Source: Verrucomicrobiota bacterium (GTDB lineage Bacteria; Verrucomicrobiota; Verrucomicrobiia; Limisphaerales; JAFMIX01). From it: a DNA stretch of 26,485 nucleotides. The first letter of the stretch is position 1. Every line of letters starts with the position of its first letter. This document shows, in pieces, positions 1 through 9,997 of this stretch. The position numbers and the translations under genes are program-made. Below the pieces are notes generated by a model. That model saw only the letters and a list, made by a program, of their open reading frames with translations. It did no database searches and was not told where the DNA came from. The stretch lies in the NCBI GenBank assembly GCA_046050965.1, contig JBJOPC010000339.1, forward strand, positions 1-26,485, given 5' to 3'.

Positions 1-624
1 CCGTTCCGCGACAAGGCCGAGTGGCCCAAGGAAAAATTCTCCGAGATCACCGTCGAACGCGCGCTCAAACATCCCTCGTGGGTCATGGGCCGCAAGATCA
101 CCATTGATTCCGCCACGCTCTTCAACAAAGGCCTGGAGATGATCGAAGCCCGCTGGCTGTTCGACATCGAGATGGCACGCGTCGGCGTGGTCGTGCACCG
201 GCAGAGCATCGTGCATTCGATGGTCGAGTTCGTGGACGGCTCGCTCATCGCGCAGCTATCCACGCCGGACATGTGCCTGCCCATCCAATACGCCCTCACC
301 TACCCCGCGCGCGCCGCCAGCGACCGCGTGCAGACCGACTTCCCCAAGATCGGCACGCTCACCTTTGAAGAGCCAGACACCGACCGCTTCCCCGCCATCG
401 AACTCGCGCGCCGCGCCGGCGACACCTGCGGCACGATGCCCGCCGTGTTCAACGCCGCCAACGAAGTGGCCGTGGACGCCTTCGTGAACCGCCGCCTCAA
501 CTTCCCGCAAATCACCGCCACCGTCCGCCGCGTGATGGACGCGCACAAAGTCGTGGAACACCCGACGCTGGAAAAGATTCTGGAAGCGGATGCGTGGGCG
601 AGGAAAGAGGCGGCGAAGATTTAA
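1..624 (+). CDS. dxr: 1-deoxy-D-xylulose 5-phosphate reductoisomerase, C-terminal part (gene begins upstream of window)
   Basis: Frame 1 is open from base 1. Translation (...ALKHPSWVMGRKITIDSATLFNKGLE...SIVHSMVEFVDGS...) matches the conserved C-terminal half of Dxr/IspC. Stop TAA 622-624. Confidence 0.85.
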   Translation, partial: PFRDKAEWPKEKFSEITVERALKHPSWVMGRKITIDSATLFNKGLEMIEARWLFDIEMARVGVVVHRQSIVHSMVEFVDGSLIAQLSTPDMCLPIQYALTYPARAASDRVQTDFPKIGTLTFEEPDTDRFPAIELARRAGDTCGTMPAVFNAANEVAVDAFVNRRLNFPQITATVRRVMDAHKVVEHPTLEKILEADAWARKEAAKI

Positions 625-632
625 CGCAAAGG

Positions 633-1439
633 ATGAAAACCCATTTACTGACTTGGAATCCTCGGCGGTGGCATTGGGACGACCTTGCTGAAACCAGCGC
701 AAAAACTTTGGCTGGCAAAGGAGTTATTGGAAGCTGGAGCTGCGGCAACACGAAGAACATTGCTCCCGGAGACAGAATCTTTTTGATGAGAGTCACCGAA
801 GAACCGAAAGGAATCATTGGTTCTGGCTGGGTTACAAACGCGCCTCACTTGCGGCTGCACTGGGATGCAGAGAAAGCCGCAGCGGGAGTGAAATGCCTTG
901 GCATTGACGGTGAGTGGGAGCGGCTAATCAATCCAGCGGTTGATGCTCCACTCGGCATGCAAGAGCTTCAAAAGGGAAAGTTGGCCGATTTTAATTGGAC
1001 GCCGCAATCATCCGGCACACGAATTCCCGACGACATCGCAGATGAGTTGGAAGAGAAGTGGGCAGCTCATGTTGGGAAAACTTCTACGGCAATCGTGACC
1101 ACAGACACGGAGCTTGCTGCGATGGAAGGTGCAGAAAGAATGGCTCTCGTCCGACACCGCAAGCGCGAGCAATCTCTTCGAGTTGCCAAAGTTGCTGCGG
1201 CTAAACAGTCCGGAAACGGCAGACTCAAATGCGAAGTGCCGGGCTGCGGATTTGATTTCGAGGCGGTGTATGGTGAACTCGGACGCGATTACGCCCAAGT
1301 GCATCACCTCAACCCGCTCGGTGACCGGACGACTCCAAGCCAAACAAAACTCGCCGACCTCGCCGTGGTCTGTGCGAATTGCCACGCGATGATTCATCGT
1401 GGCGGAAAATGTCGCCCTCTCGACAAGTTGATTCCATGA
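633..1439 (+). CDS. EVE/PUA-like domain fused to C-terminal HNH nuclease; putative modification-dependent (type IV-like) restriction endonuclease
   Basis: Supplied ORF is 594..1439. The probable start is ATG 633, preceded by AAAGG and 8 nt after the dxr stop. The N-terminal ~150 aa show a PUA/EVE-like pattern (LLTWNPRRWHWDDL ... PGDRIFLMRV ... GIIGSGWV). The C-terminus has a canonical HNH motif (CEVPGCGFDF ... HHLNPLGDRT ... VCANCHAMIHRG). Confidence 0.6.
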   Translation: MKTHLLTWNPRRWHWDDLAETSAKTLAGKGVIGSWSCGNTKNIAPGDRIFLMRVTEEPKGIIGSGWVTNAPHLRLHWDAEKAAAGVKCLGIDGEWERLINPAVDAPLGMQELQKGKLADFNWTPQSSGTRIPDDIADELEEKWAAHVGKTSTAIVTTDTELAAMEGAERMALVRHRKREQSLRVAKVAAAKQSGNGRLKCEVPGCGFDFEAVYGELGRDYAQVHHLNPLGDRTTPSQTKLADLAVVCANCHAMIHRGGKCRPLDKLIP

Positions 1440-1557
1440 AAACTTTACGGCGGCGCGCACTTTTAATTTTGTAGGCGTCGAGGTGACGAGACTTATTTCA
1501 AATCCCCGGTTTTAGCTTTTCAGTCAGAGACTCCTCACGTCGTCTCCTACATCTTGT

Positions 1558-1745
1558 CCTCTCTCACCCCGGCCCTCTCCCATCCGCCTTCGCTGCGCTA
1601 CGGCGCGACCAGCGGGAGAGGGAGAAGTGGTTCCTGCGTCAGGCGATTTGTGCGCGCCGGGATTCGCCATGCGGTTCGCCAAATTCACCGCGCCGCGCCG
1701 ACGCGGTTTCCCTCTCCCCGGGGGAGAGGGATCAAGGGTGAGGGC
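1558..1745. repeat. Cluster of CCCTCTCCC / GGGAGAGGG inverted motifs, including a perfect 23-bp palindrome at 1709-1731 (tccctctcccc ggg ggagaggga)
   Basis: Read directly. ctctcaccc is at 1561-1569, ccctctccc at 1573-1581, gggagagggag at 1614-1624, the palindrome at 1709-1731 and gggtgaggg at 1734-1742. The region lies between convergent genes. Confidence 0.5.
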
Positions 1746-1864
1746 GAGCGTCAAAACAAACTTACCGCTACAATCCCAAATCCTGTCGTTTTTTGCCCAT
1801 CCAACCCGCCGGAAGGGGTGAAAACCACGTTTTTTGCTGTTTTTTAGGGTTTTTGAGGGAAAAT

Positions 1865-2034
1865 GGGTTCCCGTGAGCACCTGACGGGAGTTCGGCTGGG
1901 GTTCACGGGGAGTCGGGAGAGGTTGACGGGAGTCCGTCTGGGGTTCACGGGAGTTCGGCTGGGCTTGACGGGGAGTCGGGAGCAGCTCAAGGGGAGCGGG
2001 GAGCAGTTGGCGGGAGTTCGGGTGGGGCGGACGG
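1865..2034. repeat. Degenerate 21-bp tandem repeat array (about 8 units, consensus approx GGAGTYCGGSTGGGSTTSACGG)
   Basis: Contiguous units gagttcggctggggttcacgg / ggagtcgggagaggttgacgg / gagtccgtctggggttcacgg / gagttcggctgggcttgacgg / ggagtcgggagcagctcaagg / ggagcggggagcagttggcgg / gagttcgggtggggcggacgg. No spacers, so not CRISPR. It sits immediately downstream of the waaA stop. Confidence 0.7.
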
Positions 2035-2043
2035 GCAATCGCC

Positions 2044-3426
2044 CTAGCCGCGCGGCTGGGTGTAGAGTTCGCCGCCTTCGAGGTGTTGCATAATCATCTC
2101 GAGGGTGCGACCGAGTGAACCTTCGTTGTTTTGCACTACGGCGAGCGCGTTTTTGCCCAACTCGGCGCGGCGCGGGGCGTCGGCGAGGAGTTCGGCGAAA
2201 ACTTTTTCCAACTCGGCGGCGTCGCGCACTTGCACCGCGCCGCGCGCCTCGACAAAGCTGCGGGCGATGTCCACGAAGTTCTGCATGTTGGGACCAAAGA
2301 CCATCGCCTTGCCCAGCGCGCCCGGTTCGATGGGATTTTGCCCGCCTTCCGCCGTGAGGCTTTTGCCGACGAACACGACGGTGGCGGGTTCGTAAAAAAA
2401 CCGCAGTTCGCCGGTGGTGTTCACCAGCAGGCATTCGACTTCGCCGGGTTGGAACTGCGAACTGACGGTCAGCTCGCTGCGGAAAACAAACTTCACGCCG
2501 CGCGACTTGAGTTCGTTGCCGACGCTCTTGGCGCGCTCGAAATGGCGCGGCACGAGCACGAGGAACAGTTCGGGAAATTTTGCTTTGAGCCGCTGGAATT
2601 GCTCGGCGAGCAAGGCTTCTTCGCCATCGTGGGTGCTACCGGCGACGAGGATTTTTGCCCCAGCGGGCAAGGCGAGTTGACGCAGCAGCGCAGGCACATC
2701 GAGCGAACGTTGGCCGTCAATCTTCGCGGCGTCGAACTTGAGATTGCCGACAATCTGCACGGCGTCCGCGCGGCAACCGAGCGCGCGCACCCGCGCGGCG
2801 TCGGCCTCGTGCTGCACGCCCACGCCAGCGAAGGAGGCGAAGAGCGGCTGGAATAATTTCGGGAAGCGCGTGTAGCCGCGAAACGATTTGTCGGAGAGCC
2901 GGGCGTTGACGAGGAAGGTGGGAATGCCGAGTGCCTGCGCGCGCCACAGGAAGTTCGGCCAGATTTCCGCTTCGATGAGCACGATGGCTTCGGGTCGCAG
3001 CAAGCTGAACGCACGGTTGACGTAGGCGCGGCGGTCAATGGGGTAATAAATTTTGCCGATGTGCGCCGGAAGTTTTTTCTGCAACTCGCCCATGCCGGTG
3101 GTCGTGGTGGTGGAGACGATGATTTTGGCGTTGGGCAGACGCGGCTCAAGCGCGCGGATGAGTTGGGTGCACAGATTCACCTCGCCGACGCTGACGGCGT
3201 GGAGCCAGATGACGTGGCGGTTGGTGATGGACTGCTTGAACTTGCTGTCGTATTTGCCGAAGCGCTGGGCGAAGCCAGCGGTCCAGTTGCCGCGCCGCCG
3301 CATCCGCCAGAAATAATACGGCGCGGATAGCACGAAAAAAATCGTGAACAGGATGTTGTAAAAAAGTCGCACGGATGAAACCCAATTGACGCGTGTGAGT
3401 TTCCGCCAAGATGAGAGCCGCTTCAA
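2044..3426 (-). CDS. waaA: 3-deoxy-D-manno-octulosonic acid (Kdo) transferase
   Basis: 460-aa ORF with an N-terminal hydrophobic anchor. It has the HAVSVGE motif and KdtA/WaaA-like glycosyltransferase architecture throughout. Confidence 0.85.
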   Translation of the reverse strand: MKRLSSWRKLTRVNWVSSVRLFYNILFTIFFVLSAPYYFWRMRRRGNWTAGFAQRFGKYDSKFKQSITNRHVIWLHAVSVGEVNLCTQLIRALEPRLPNAKIIVSTTTTTGMGELQKKLPAHIGKIYYPIDRRAYVNRAFSLLRPEAIVLIEAEIWPNFLWRAQALGIPTFLVNARLSDKSFRGYTRFPKLFQPLFASFAGVGVQHEADAARVRALGCRADAVQIVGNLKFDAAKIDGQRSLDVPALLRQLALPAGAKILVAGSTHDGEEALLAEQFQRLKAKFPELFLVLVPRHFERAKSVGNELKSRGVKFVFRSELTVSSQFQPGEVECLLVNTTGELRFFYEPATVVFVGKSLTAEGGQNPIEPGALGKAMVFGPNMQNFVDIARSFVEARGAVQVRDAAELEKVFAELLADAPRRAELGKNALAVVQNNEGSLGRTLEMIMQHLEGGELYTQPRG

Positions 3427-3504
3427 TTCAGAAAGAACAAAACGCAGGTGCGCCGGTTTTCACCGGCGAACCCGCGTCCTGTGGGATCCCCATCCCAAAA
3501 TCAC

Positions 3505-3867
3505 TTACTCGGCTAGCACGGTGAAGCGCGGCGCCTTCGCCCGGATGCGTCCTTGCCGCTGCCCGGTCACCCGCGCGGCGAGCGCGAGCTCTTCAAACAA
3601 GCCCGGCAACACCAGCGTCGGATACGGCGTGAGCCACGCGAGTGCGGCCGCTTCGTTGGCCGCGCGCCGGAGCAGGACATTGGCGTCCACGCTCACGGTG
3701 CGCCCGAGTTCCAGCCGCAACAGCCGGTTCTTCAGCGCATCCAGTTCGCGCTCGGCGTGGCCGCGAAACGGCGCAGTGGGTGCGAACACTGTGGCAAACC
3801 GCCCGTCATCCGCCAAATCATTTCCTAAAATTGTTTCGTTCAAGTTCATCGTCATTCTCGCTTTCAT
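3505..3867 (-). CDS. hypothetical protein (about 120 aa); start uncertain, alternatives at 3855, 3849 or 3915
   Basis: Supplied ORF is 3505..3915. I place the start at ATG 3867 (MKARMTMNLNE...) because the upstream 48 nt form a GC-rich hairpin plus T-run that looks like a terminator rather than coding sequence. No family recognised. Confidence 0.4.
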   Translation of the reverse strand: MKARMTMNLNETILGNDLADDGRFATVFAPTAPFRGHAERELDALKNRLLRLELGRTVSVDANVLLRRAANEAAALAWLTPYPTLVLPGLFEELALAARVTGQRQGRIRAKAPRFTVLAE

Positions 3868-3883
3868 AAAAATTGTTTTCGGT

Positions 3884-3921
3884 AAAAACACAAAACCCGC
3901 GACGGCCTCGGCCATCGCGGG
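3884..3921 (-). terminator. Intrinsic terminator-like hairpin plus U-run on minus strand (cccgcgatggccgaggccgtcgcggg followed by ttttgtgttttt)
   Basis: Plus-strand 3896-3921 cccgcgacggcctcggccatcgcggg is an inverted repeat with one mismatch. On the minus strand it is followed by ttttgtgttttta (3895-3884). Confidence 0.5.
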
Positions 3922-4123
3922 TCAAATGTTGTAAAAATCGTTTAGAACATCATTCCCGCGCTGCCGCAAAAAACGGAGCCGCGTTGCCAAATGCAAGCGG
4001 AGCCGTGCATCGCCACGGGGCAGACAGCGGATTTGATTGTCGTGTTCAGTTTCATCAGACGCGCAGAGGGAACTATAAACGCGGACGAATGTCAATGTTT
4101 GGCTCTGGCTGGGCTCGCTTATT

Positions 4124-4193
4124 CCTAATCCTACTCGTAATCGTAATCCTCAAAACAAAAACGACTATGATTACGAGTAGGATTAAGATTAGG
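4124..4193. repeat. AT-rich long imperfect inverted repeat (cctaatcctactcgtaatc ... gattacgagtaggattaagattagg) followed by acttttc
   Basis: The 13-bp perfect core cctactcgtaatc / gattacgagtagg extends to about 19 bp with a bulge, around a 28-nt A-rich loop. It lies 60 bp upstream of the 4255 gene in an otherwise GC-rich genome. Confidence 0.55.
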
Positions 4194-4254
4194 ACTTTTC
4201 ACCCCTGCCAAGCCGAAGCTTGAACTCCCGTCCGCCGCAAAACATCATGCGGCC

Positions 4255-6276
4255 ATGCCACGTTTTTTTCTCCTGCTCGCCGCACTGCTGCTCGCGTTGC
4301 CCGTCAGTGCTGCTGACTCCACGCCTGCCGACGCCGCGCTTGCCGATTACTTCCACCACGAAACCGCCGCGCTCGCCGAACGCAGCCCCACGCCGATAAA
4401 AAATCCCGCCGACTGGCCGACGCAGCGTGCCGAGTTGCGCGCGCAATTGCAGGAGATGCTCGGCCTCACGCCGCTGCCCGCGCGCACGGACTTGCATGCG
4501 ACCGTCACCGGCGTGTTCACGAACGACGCGTTCACGATGGAAAAAATTTATTTTGAGGCGTCGCCCAAACTTTATTGCACGGCGAATCTTTTTATCCCGC
4601 GCGGCCTCACTAATCCCGCGCCGACGGTGCTTTACGAGTGCGGCCATTTTCGGCTGTTCACCAACGGCATCAGCTACGGCAACAAAGCCGCGTATCAACT
4701 CGACGGTGCGTGGTTCGCGCGTCACGGCTACGTCTGCCTCGTCACCGACACCTTGCTTGCGGGCGAAGTGCAAGGCACACACACCGGCACGCGCGACAAA
4801 GGTCAATGGTGGTGGAACTCACGCGGCTACACGCCAGCGGGCGTGGAAGCGTGGATTGGCATTCGCTCGCTCGACTATCTCTGCACACGACCGGAAGTGG
4901 ACACGAATCGCTTCGGCGTAACCGGCCATTCCGGCGGCGGCGCATATTCGTGGACCGTCACCGCACTCGACGACCGCATCAAAGTCGCCGCCCCGCTCGC
5001 AGGCATGGCCGACCTCACGAGTCACATTGACGACGGCGTGATTGACAGCCATTGCGACTGCAATTTTTTCCAAAACATCTACCGCTGGGATTTTCCGCAA
5101 CTCGCCGCACTCGCCGCGCCGCGTCCGCTGCTGCTCGGCGGCACGGACAACGACCGTTTGTTCAACCTGTCTAACACCGTTCGCCTCCACGAAAAAATCC
5201 GCCGCGTGTATGCGCAACTCGGCGCGACCAACAATTTTGCGCTCGCCCTCGCGCCCGGCCCGCACGATGAAGTGCCGGAACTGCGCCTCGCTGTGCTGCG
5301 CTGGTTCGATCGCCATCTCAAAGGCGTAACCAAGGCGAACGAGCAGCCCATCACCGTGGACGCCGTGAAATATTTTACGCCCGAGCAAGTCCGCGTGTTC
5401 GTCACGTTGCCGACAGACGCCATCAACACGAACATCGCCGAGACGTTTGAGCCAGATTTTCGTAGCCGCCGACGTGAGGAGGCGCAAACCAATTCTTCGA
5501 CGTCCGATAAAACAGGTCAGAGCCTTCTCACGTCGGCGGCTATGCCGGAGGAATTGCGCGCCACGCTACGCGCGAAAGTTTTCGGCGGTTGGCCGGACGA
5601 TACACTGCCGCTGGAACCGAAGCGCGTCTTTGCCACCGAACGCGACGGCGTGAAATTCAGCGCGTGGGATTTCGCCAGCCAGCACGACGTGCCGCTGCGA
5701 CTTTACCTGTTTGAAAATGCCAAAACTCCGGCGGCCAATGTTTCGCTCACAGTTTTGGACGCTGCCGGTTGGACGAACTGGTTCAGTTCTGTCAGCGCCA
5801 AATTCAGCAACGAGTTGGCAGATGAAATAAAGACTGTTGGTGGCCGCGCGTTGCCGCGCGCGGAGGCTGACCAGCAGGTCAGCCCTACCAGCGCAAAGAC
5901 CCTCGCCTTCCTCGCGCCGCGCGGCGTGGGTTTGATCGCGTGGTCGGGCGACGACAAGGCACTCACCAAAATCCGCCGCCGCTTCATGGCCGTGGGCGAG
6001 ACGCTTGACTCTATGCGCGTGTGGGACATCCGCCGCGCGATTCAAACCCTGCACTTCGTCCGCGACAGCGAAACTGCGACTGTTGAATTAAAAGCCGACG
6101 GCGCGATGGCCGTGAACGCGCTCTACGCCGCACTGTTCGAGCCGGGCGTAAAAAAACTTTCGCTCACCAACCTGCCCGCGTCGCAAATCACCGGGCCAGA
6201 TTATCTCGGCGTGTTGAAATACACCGACGTGCCGCAAGTGCTGGAAGCGGTGAAGCAAACCGCGCGCGTGGAGTAG
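4255..6276 (+). CDS. Secreted alpha/beta-hydrolase (acetyl-xylan-esterase / dienelactone-hydrolase-like, GHSGGG nucleophile elbow) with a large extra C-terminal domain
   Basis: Signal peptide MPRFFLLLAALLLALPVSAA. G-x-S-x-G motif TGHSGGGAYSW. Length 673 aa. The C-terminal ~300 aa resemble an esterase-family N-lobe (weak). Confidence 0.55.
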   Translation: MPRFFLLLAALLLALPVSAADSTPADAALADYFHHETAALAERSPTPIKNPADWPTQRAELRAQLQEMLGLTPLPARTDLHATVTGVFTNDAFTMEKIYFEASPKLYCTANLFIPRGLTNPAPTVLYECGHFRLFTNGISYGNKAAYQLDGAWFARHGYVCLVTDTLLAGEVQGTHTGTRDKGQWWWNSRGYTPAGVEAWIGIRSLDYLCTRPEVDTNRFGVTGHSGGGAYSWTVTALDDRIKVAAPLAGMADLTSHIDDGVIDSHCDCNFFQNIYRWDFPQLAALAAPRPLLLGGTDNDRLFNLSNTVRLHEKIRRVYAQLGATNNFALALAPGPHDEVPELRLAVLRWFDRHLKGVTKANEQPITVDAVKYFTPEQVRVFVTLPTDAINTNIAETFEPDFRSRRREEAQTNSSTSDKTGQSLLTSAAMPEELRATLRAKVFGGWPDDTLPLEPKRVFATERDGVKFSAWDFASQHDVPLRLYLFENAKTPAANVSLTVLDAAGWTNWFSSVSAKFSNELADEIKTVGGRALPRAEADQQVSPTSAKTLAFLAPRGVGLIAWSGDDKALTKIRRRFMAVGETLDSMRVWDIRRAIQTLHFVRDSETATVELKADGAMAVNALYAALFEPGVKKLSLTNLPASQITGPDYLGVLKYTDVPQVLEAVKQTARVE

Positions 6277-6295
6277 TTGCACAACGTTTTGGGGT

Positions 6296-6316
6296 GCGGC
6301 GACACGTCGCCGCTTT
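6296..6316 (+). terminator. GC hairpin gcggcgacacgtcgccgc plus TTT between convergent genes; a second palindrome gagagacatgtctc lies at 6323-6336
   Basis: Read directly. The U-run is short, so strength is uncertain. It could serve both the hydrolase gene (+) and xylB (-). Confidence 0.35.
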
Positions 6317-6403
6317 CCGACCGAGAGACATGTCTCCCAGTTCCAAAGCGCGGTCATGCCCGCGCACTCCAAAGCAGGACGCGCTTTCGCCAATCTACGC
6401 TCA

Positions 6404-7930
<1,527 letters not shown>

Positions 7931-8006
7931 AGAAAATGTTTAACCACGAAGCAGACGAAACACACGCAAAGTTTTTTAGACAACCCGTCCGGCGCGAATT
8001 CGCCAA

Positions 8007-8034
8007 TTGACAGTTGGCGTTTCAAAAATAGACT
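8007..8034 (+). promoter_or_regulatory. Putative sigma70-type promoter for rpsU (TTGACA, 16 nt spacer, TAGACT); the 10-bp palindrome gcgaattcgc lies just upstream
   Basis: TTGACA at 8007-8012 and TAGACT at 8029-8034, about 69 nt upstream of the rpsU ATG. The palindrome ggcgcgaattcgcc at 7991-8004 may be an operator. Confidence 0.35.
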
Positions 8035-8102
8035 TCGCGCCCGGCTCAAAAAGGAAACCGTGCCCGCACGCGATTCCGAGCCCAGGAAGGATGTGACATA
8101 AT

Positions 8103-8300
8103 ATGAGCGAAATTAAACTCAAGAAAGGCGAGCCAGTGGATAAAGCCCTGCGCCGCCTCAAAAAGAAAGTGGACCGCGAAGGCACGTTGAAAGACGTCCG
8201 CGCGCGCCGCACTTTTGAGAAACCCAGCGCGCGTAAACGTCGCAAGATGAAAGTCTCGAAGTTCTCCGCCATGCTGGCCCGCCGCTACGCTGACTTGTAA
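8103..8300 (+). CDS. rpsU: 30S ribosomal protein S21
   Basis: 65 aa, basic. The pattern ...ALRRLKKKVDREGTL...VRARRTFEKPSARKRRK... is typical of S21. Confidence 0.85.
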   Translation: MSEIKLKKGEPVDKALRRLKKKVDREGTLKDVRARRTFEKPSARKRRKMKVSKFSAMLARRYADL

Positions 8301-8320
8301 TTCCTTCCAGGAATTTTCCG

Positions 8321-8364
8321 CCGGGCGCAGTTCAATTGATTTGAACCGCGCCCGGTTTTTTGTT
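8321..8364 (+). terminator. Rho-independent terminator downstream of rpsU
   Basis: 15-bp stem ccgggcgcagttcaa / ttgaaccgcgcccgg with one mismatch, followed by tttttgttt. An additional small palindrome aattccttccaggaatt lies at 8299-8315. Confidence 0.65.
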
Positions 8365-8401
8365 TCCCTCCCTTTGCCTCAAGCCCAACGCCTAATCAAA
8401 A

Positions 8402-9316
8402 ATGTATTCGCTCTCTACCTGCTGGAACTCGCACCGTCACACGGACGGCCGCGCCATGCTGCGCGAGGTGCGGGACATGGGCTTTGAATTCGCGGAGCTT
8501 TCACACGGCACACGCATCAGTCTTTTGCCGGGCATCGTGGACGCGGTGGACGCGGGCGAGATGCAGATTTCCAGCGTGCATAATTTCTGTCCGCTGCCGA
8601 TGGGCGTGAACCATTCCGCGCCGAACCTCTACAAATTTTCTGCCGACCGCGAGCGCGAGCGGGAACTGGCGTTGCGCCACACGTTCAAGACGCTGGAATT
8701 CGCTTCGCGTGTCAAAGCCAAAGTCGTGGTGCTGCATCTCGGCGCGGTGGAAATGCGCGATTACACCGACACGTTGCTGGAAATGGTCGGCAAGAACCAA
8801 CGCGAGACCGCCAAATACGACGACCTCTGCGCCGAAGTCATCGAGAAACGCGAGTCGCGCAAAGAAGCCGCCGTCGAACGCGTCTACGATTGCCTGCGGA
8901 AAATAATTCCCGAAGCCGAGAAGCGCGGGCTGAAACTCGGCTGCGAAAACCGCGAGGCTGTAGAAGAAATTCCCTTCGAGAGCGATTTTAATTTTCTGTT
9001 CCGCGAACTGAAAAGCCCCGCGCTCGTCTACTGGCACGACACCGGCCACGCGCAAATCAAAGAGAATCTCGGCTTCATCCATCACGCGCTGCACTTGGAA
9101 TCCATGCGCGACCGGTTGTTTGGTTTTCACATTCACGACGTGCAATTTCCCGGACAAGACCACTGCCAACCCGGCACGGGCTGCATTGATTTCGCTGCGT
9201 TGAAACCGTTCGTGAAGCCGGAGCATCTGAAGATTTGCGAGTTTAGTCCCAAGCTCAAACCGGAAGAAGTCAAAGCCGGTGCAGCGCACATTAAAGGTAT
9301 CTGGGGCGAGGATTAA
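8402..9316 (+). CDS. Sugar phosphate isomerase/epimerase (xylose-isomerase-like TIM barrel family)
   Basis: 304 aa with a pattern typical of the AP-endonuclease-2 / xylose-isomerase-like TIM barrel fold (…VVLHLG…, …KLGCENRE…, …HDTGHAQI…). Confidence 0.65.
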   Translation: MYSLSTCWNSHRHTDGRAMLREVRDMGFEFAELSHGTRISLLPGIVDAVDAGEMQISSVHNFCPLPMGVNHSAPNLYKFSADRERERELALRHTFKTLEFASRVKAKVVVLHLGAVEMRDYTDTLLEMVGKNQRETAKYDDLCAEVIEKRESRKEAAVERVYDCLRKIIPEAEKRGLKLGCENREAVEEIPFESDFNFLFRELKSPALVYWHDTGHAQIKENLGFIHHALHLESMRDRLFGFHIHDVQFPGQDHCQPGTGCIDFAALKPFVKPEHLKICEFSPKLKPEEVKAGAAHIKGIWGED

Positions 9317-9322
9317 AATTTC

Positions 9323-9997
9323 ATGTCCGCCAACATCGTCACCATCCGCGAACTCTCGAAGATTTATTTGCAGGGCGAGATCAATGTTACCGCGCTCAAC
9401 CGCGTGTCGCTGGATATCGCTGCGGGCGAGTTTCTCGCGCTCATGGGGCCGAGCGGTTCCGGCAAGTCCACGCTACTGCACATCCTCGCGGGCATTGACC
9501 GCCCCACGAGCGGCGAGTGCCGCGTGCAAGACGTGGACGTGACGCAGCTCAACGAATCCAAACTCGCCGACTGGCGCAATCGCAACGTGGGTTTTGTGTT
9601 CCAAACTTTCAATCTCATCCCGGTGCTGACCGCGCAGGAAAACGTGGAGTTGCCGCTGCTGCTCATGAAACTCTCGCGGCGCGAACGGCGCGACCGCGTG
9701 GCCGCCGCGCTCGGCCTCGTCGGCTTGGGCGACCGCGCGAAACATCTGCCGCGTCAACTTTCCGGCGGGCAAGAGCAGCGCGTGGCCATCGCCCGCGCGC
9801 TGGTGACGGATCCGACGCTCATCGTCGCGGACGAGCCGACGGGCAACTTGGATTCGCAGTCGGCAAACGACGTGTTGCGCGTGTTGCAGACCTTAAGCCG
9901 CGAATCGGGCAAGACGGTCATTATGGTCACGCATGACCCGAAGGCGGCGGCGTTCGCGAGCCGGCAGATTCACCTCGAAAAAGGAGAGCTGTGTTAG
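9323..9997 (+). CDS. ABC transporter ATP-binding protein (LolD/MacB/FtsE-like)
   Basis: Walker [13 protein letters not shown] signature [15 protein letters not shown], Walker [12 protein letters not shown]. Stop TAG 9995-9997. Confidence 0.85.
   Translation: MSANIVTIRELSKIYLQGEINVTALNRVSLDIAAGEFLALMGPSGSGKSTLLHILAGIDRPTSGECRVQDVDVTQLNESKLADWRNRNVGFVFQTFNLIPVLTAQENVELPLLLMKLSRRERRDRVAAALGLVGLGDRAKHLPRQLSGGQEQRVAIARALVTDPTLIVADEPTGNLDSQSANDVLRVLQTLSRESGKTVIMVTHDPKAAAFASRQIHLEKGELC

Noticed and set aside
1865-2034. Possible CRISPR array
   Set aside because: The repeats are contiguous with no unique spacers, the units are degenerate, and there are no cas genes nearby.
1844-2434. 196-aa minus-strand ORF and 76-aa plus-strand ORF (1863-2093) with heptapeptide repeats
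   Set aside because: They are generated by translating the 21-bp tandem array. The minus ORF overlaps waaA out of frame. There is no independent evidence of coding.
3505-3915. Full-length 136-aa version of the small minus-strand gene starting at 3915
   Set aside because: Its first 16 codons coincide exactly with a GC-rich stem plus U-run terminator structure. A start at 3867 or later was preferred, but this is not proven.
3386-3934. 182-aa plus-strand ORF
   Set aside because: It is antisense to the small hypothetical gene and runs through the terminator hairpin. Its translation is Ser/Arg/Ala-rich low-complexity sequence.
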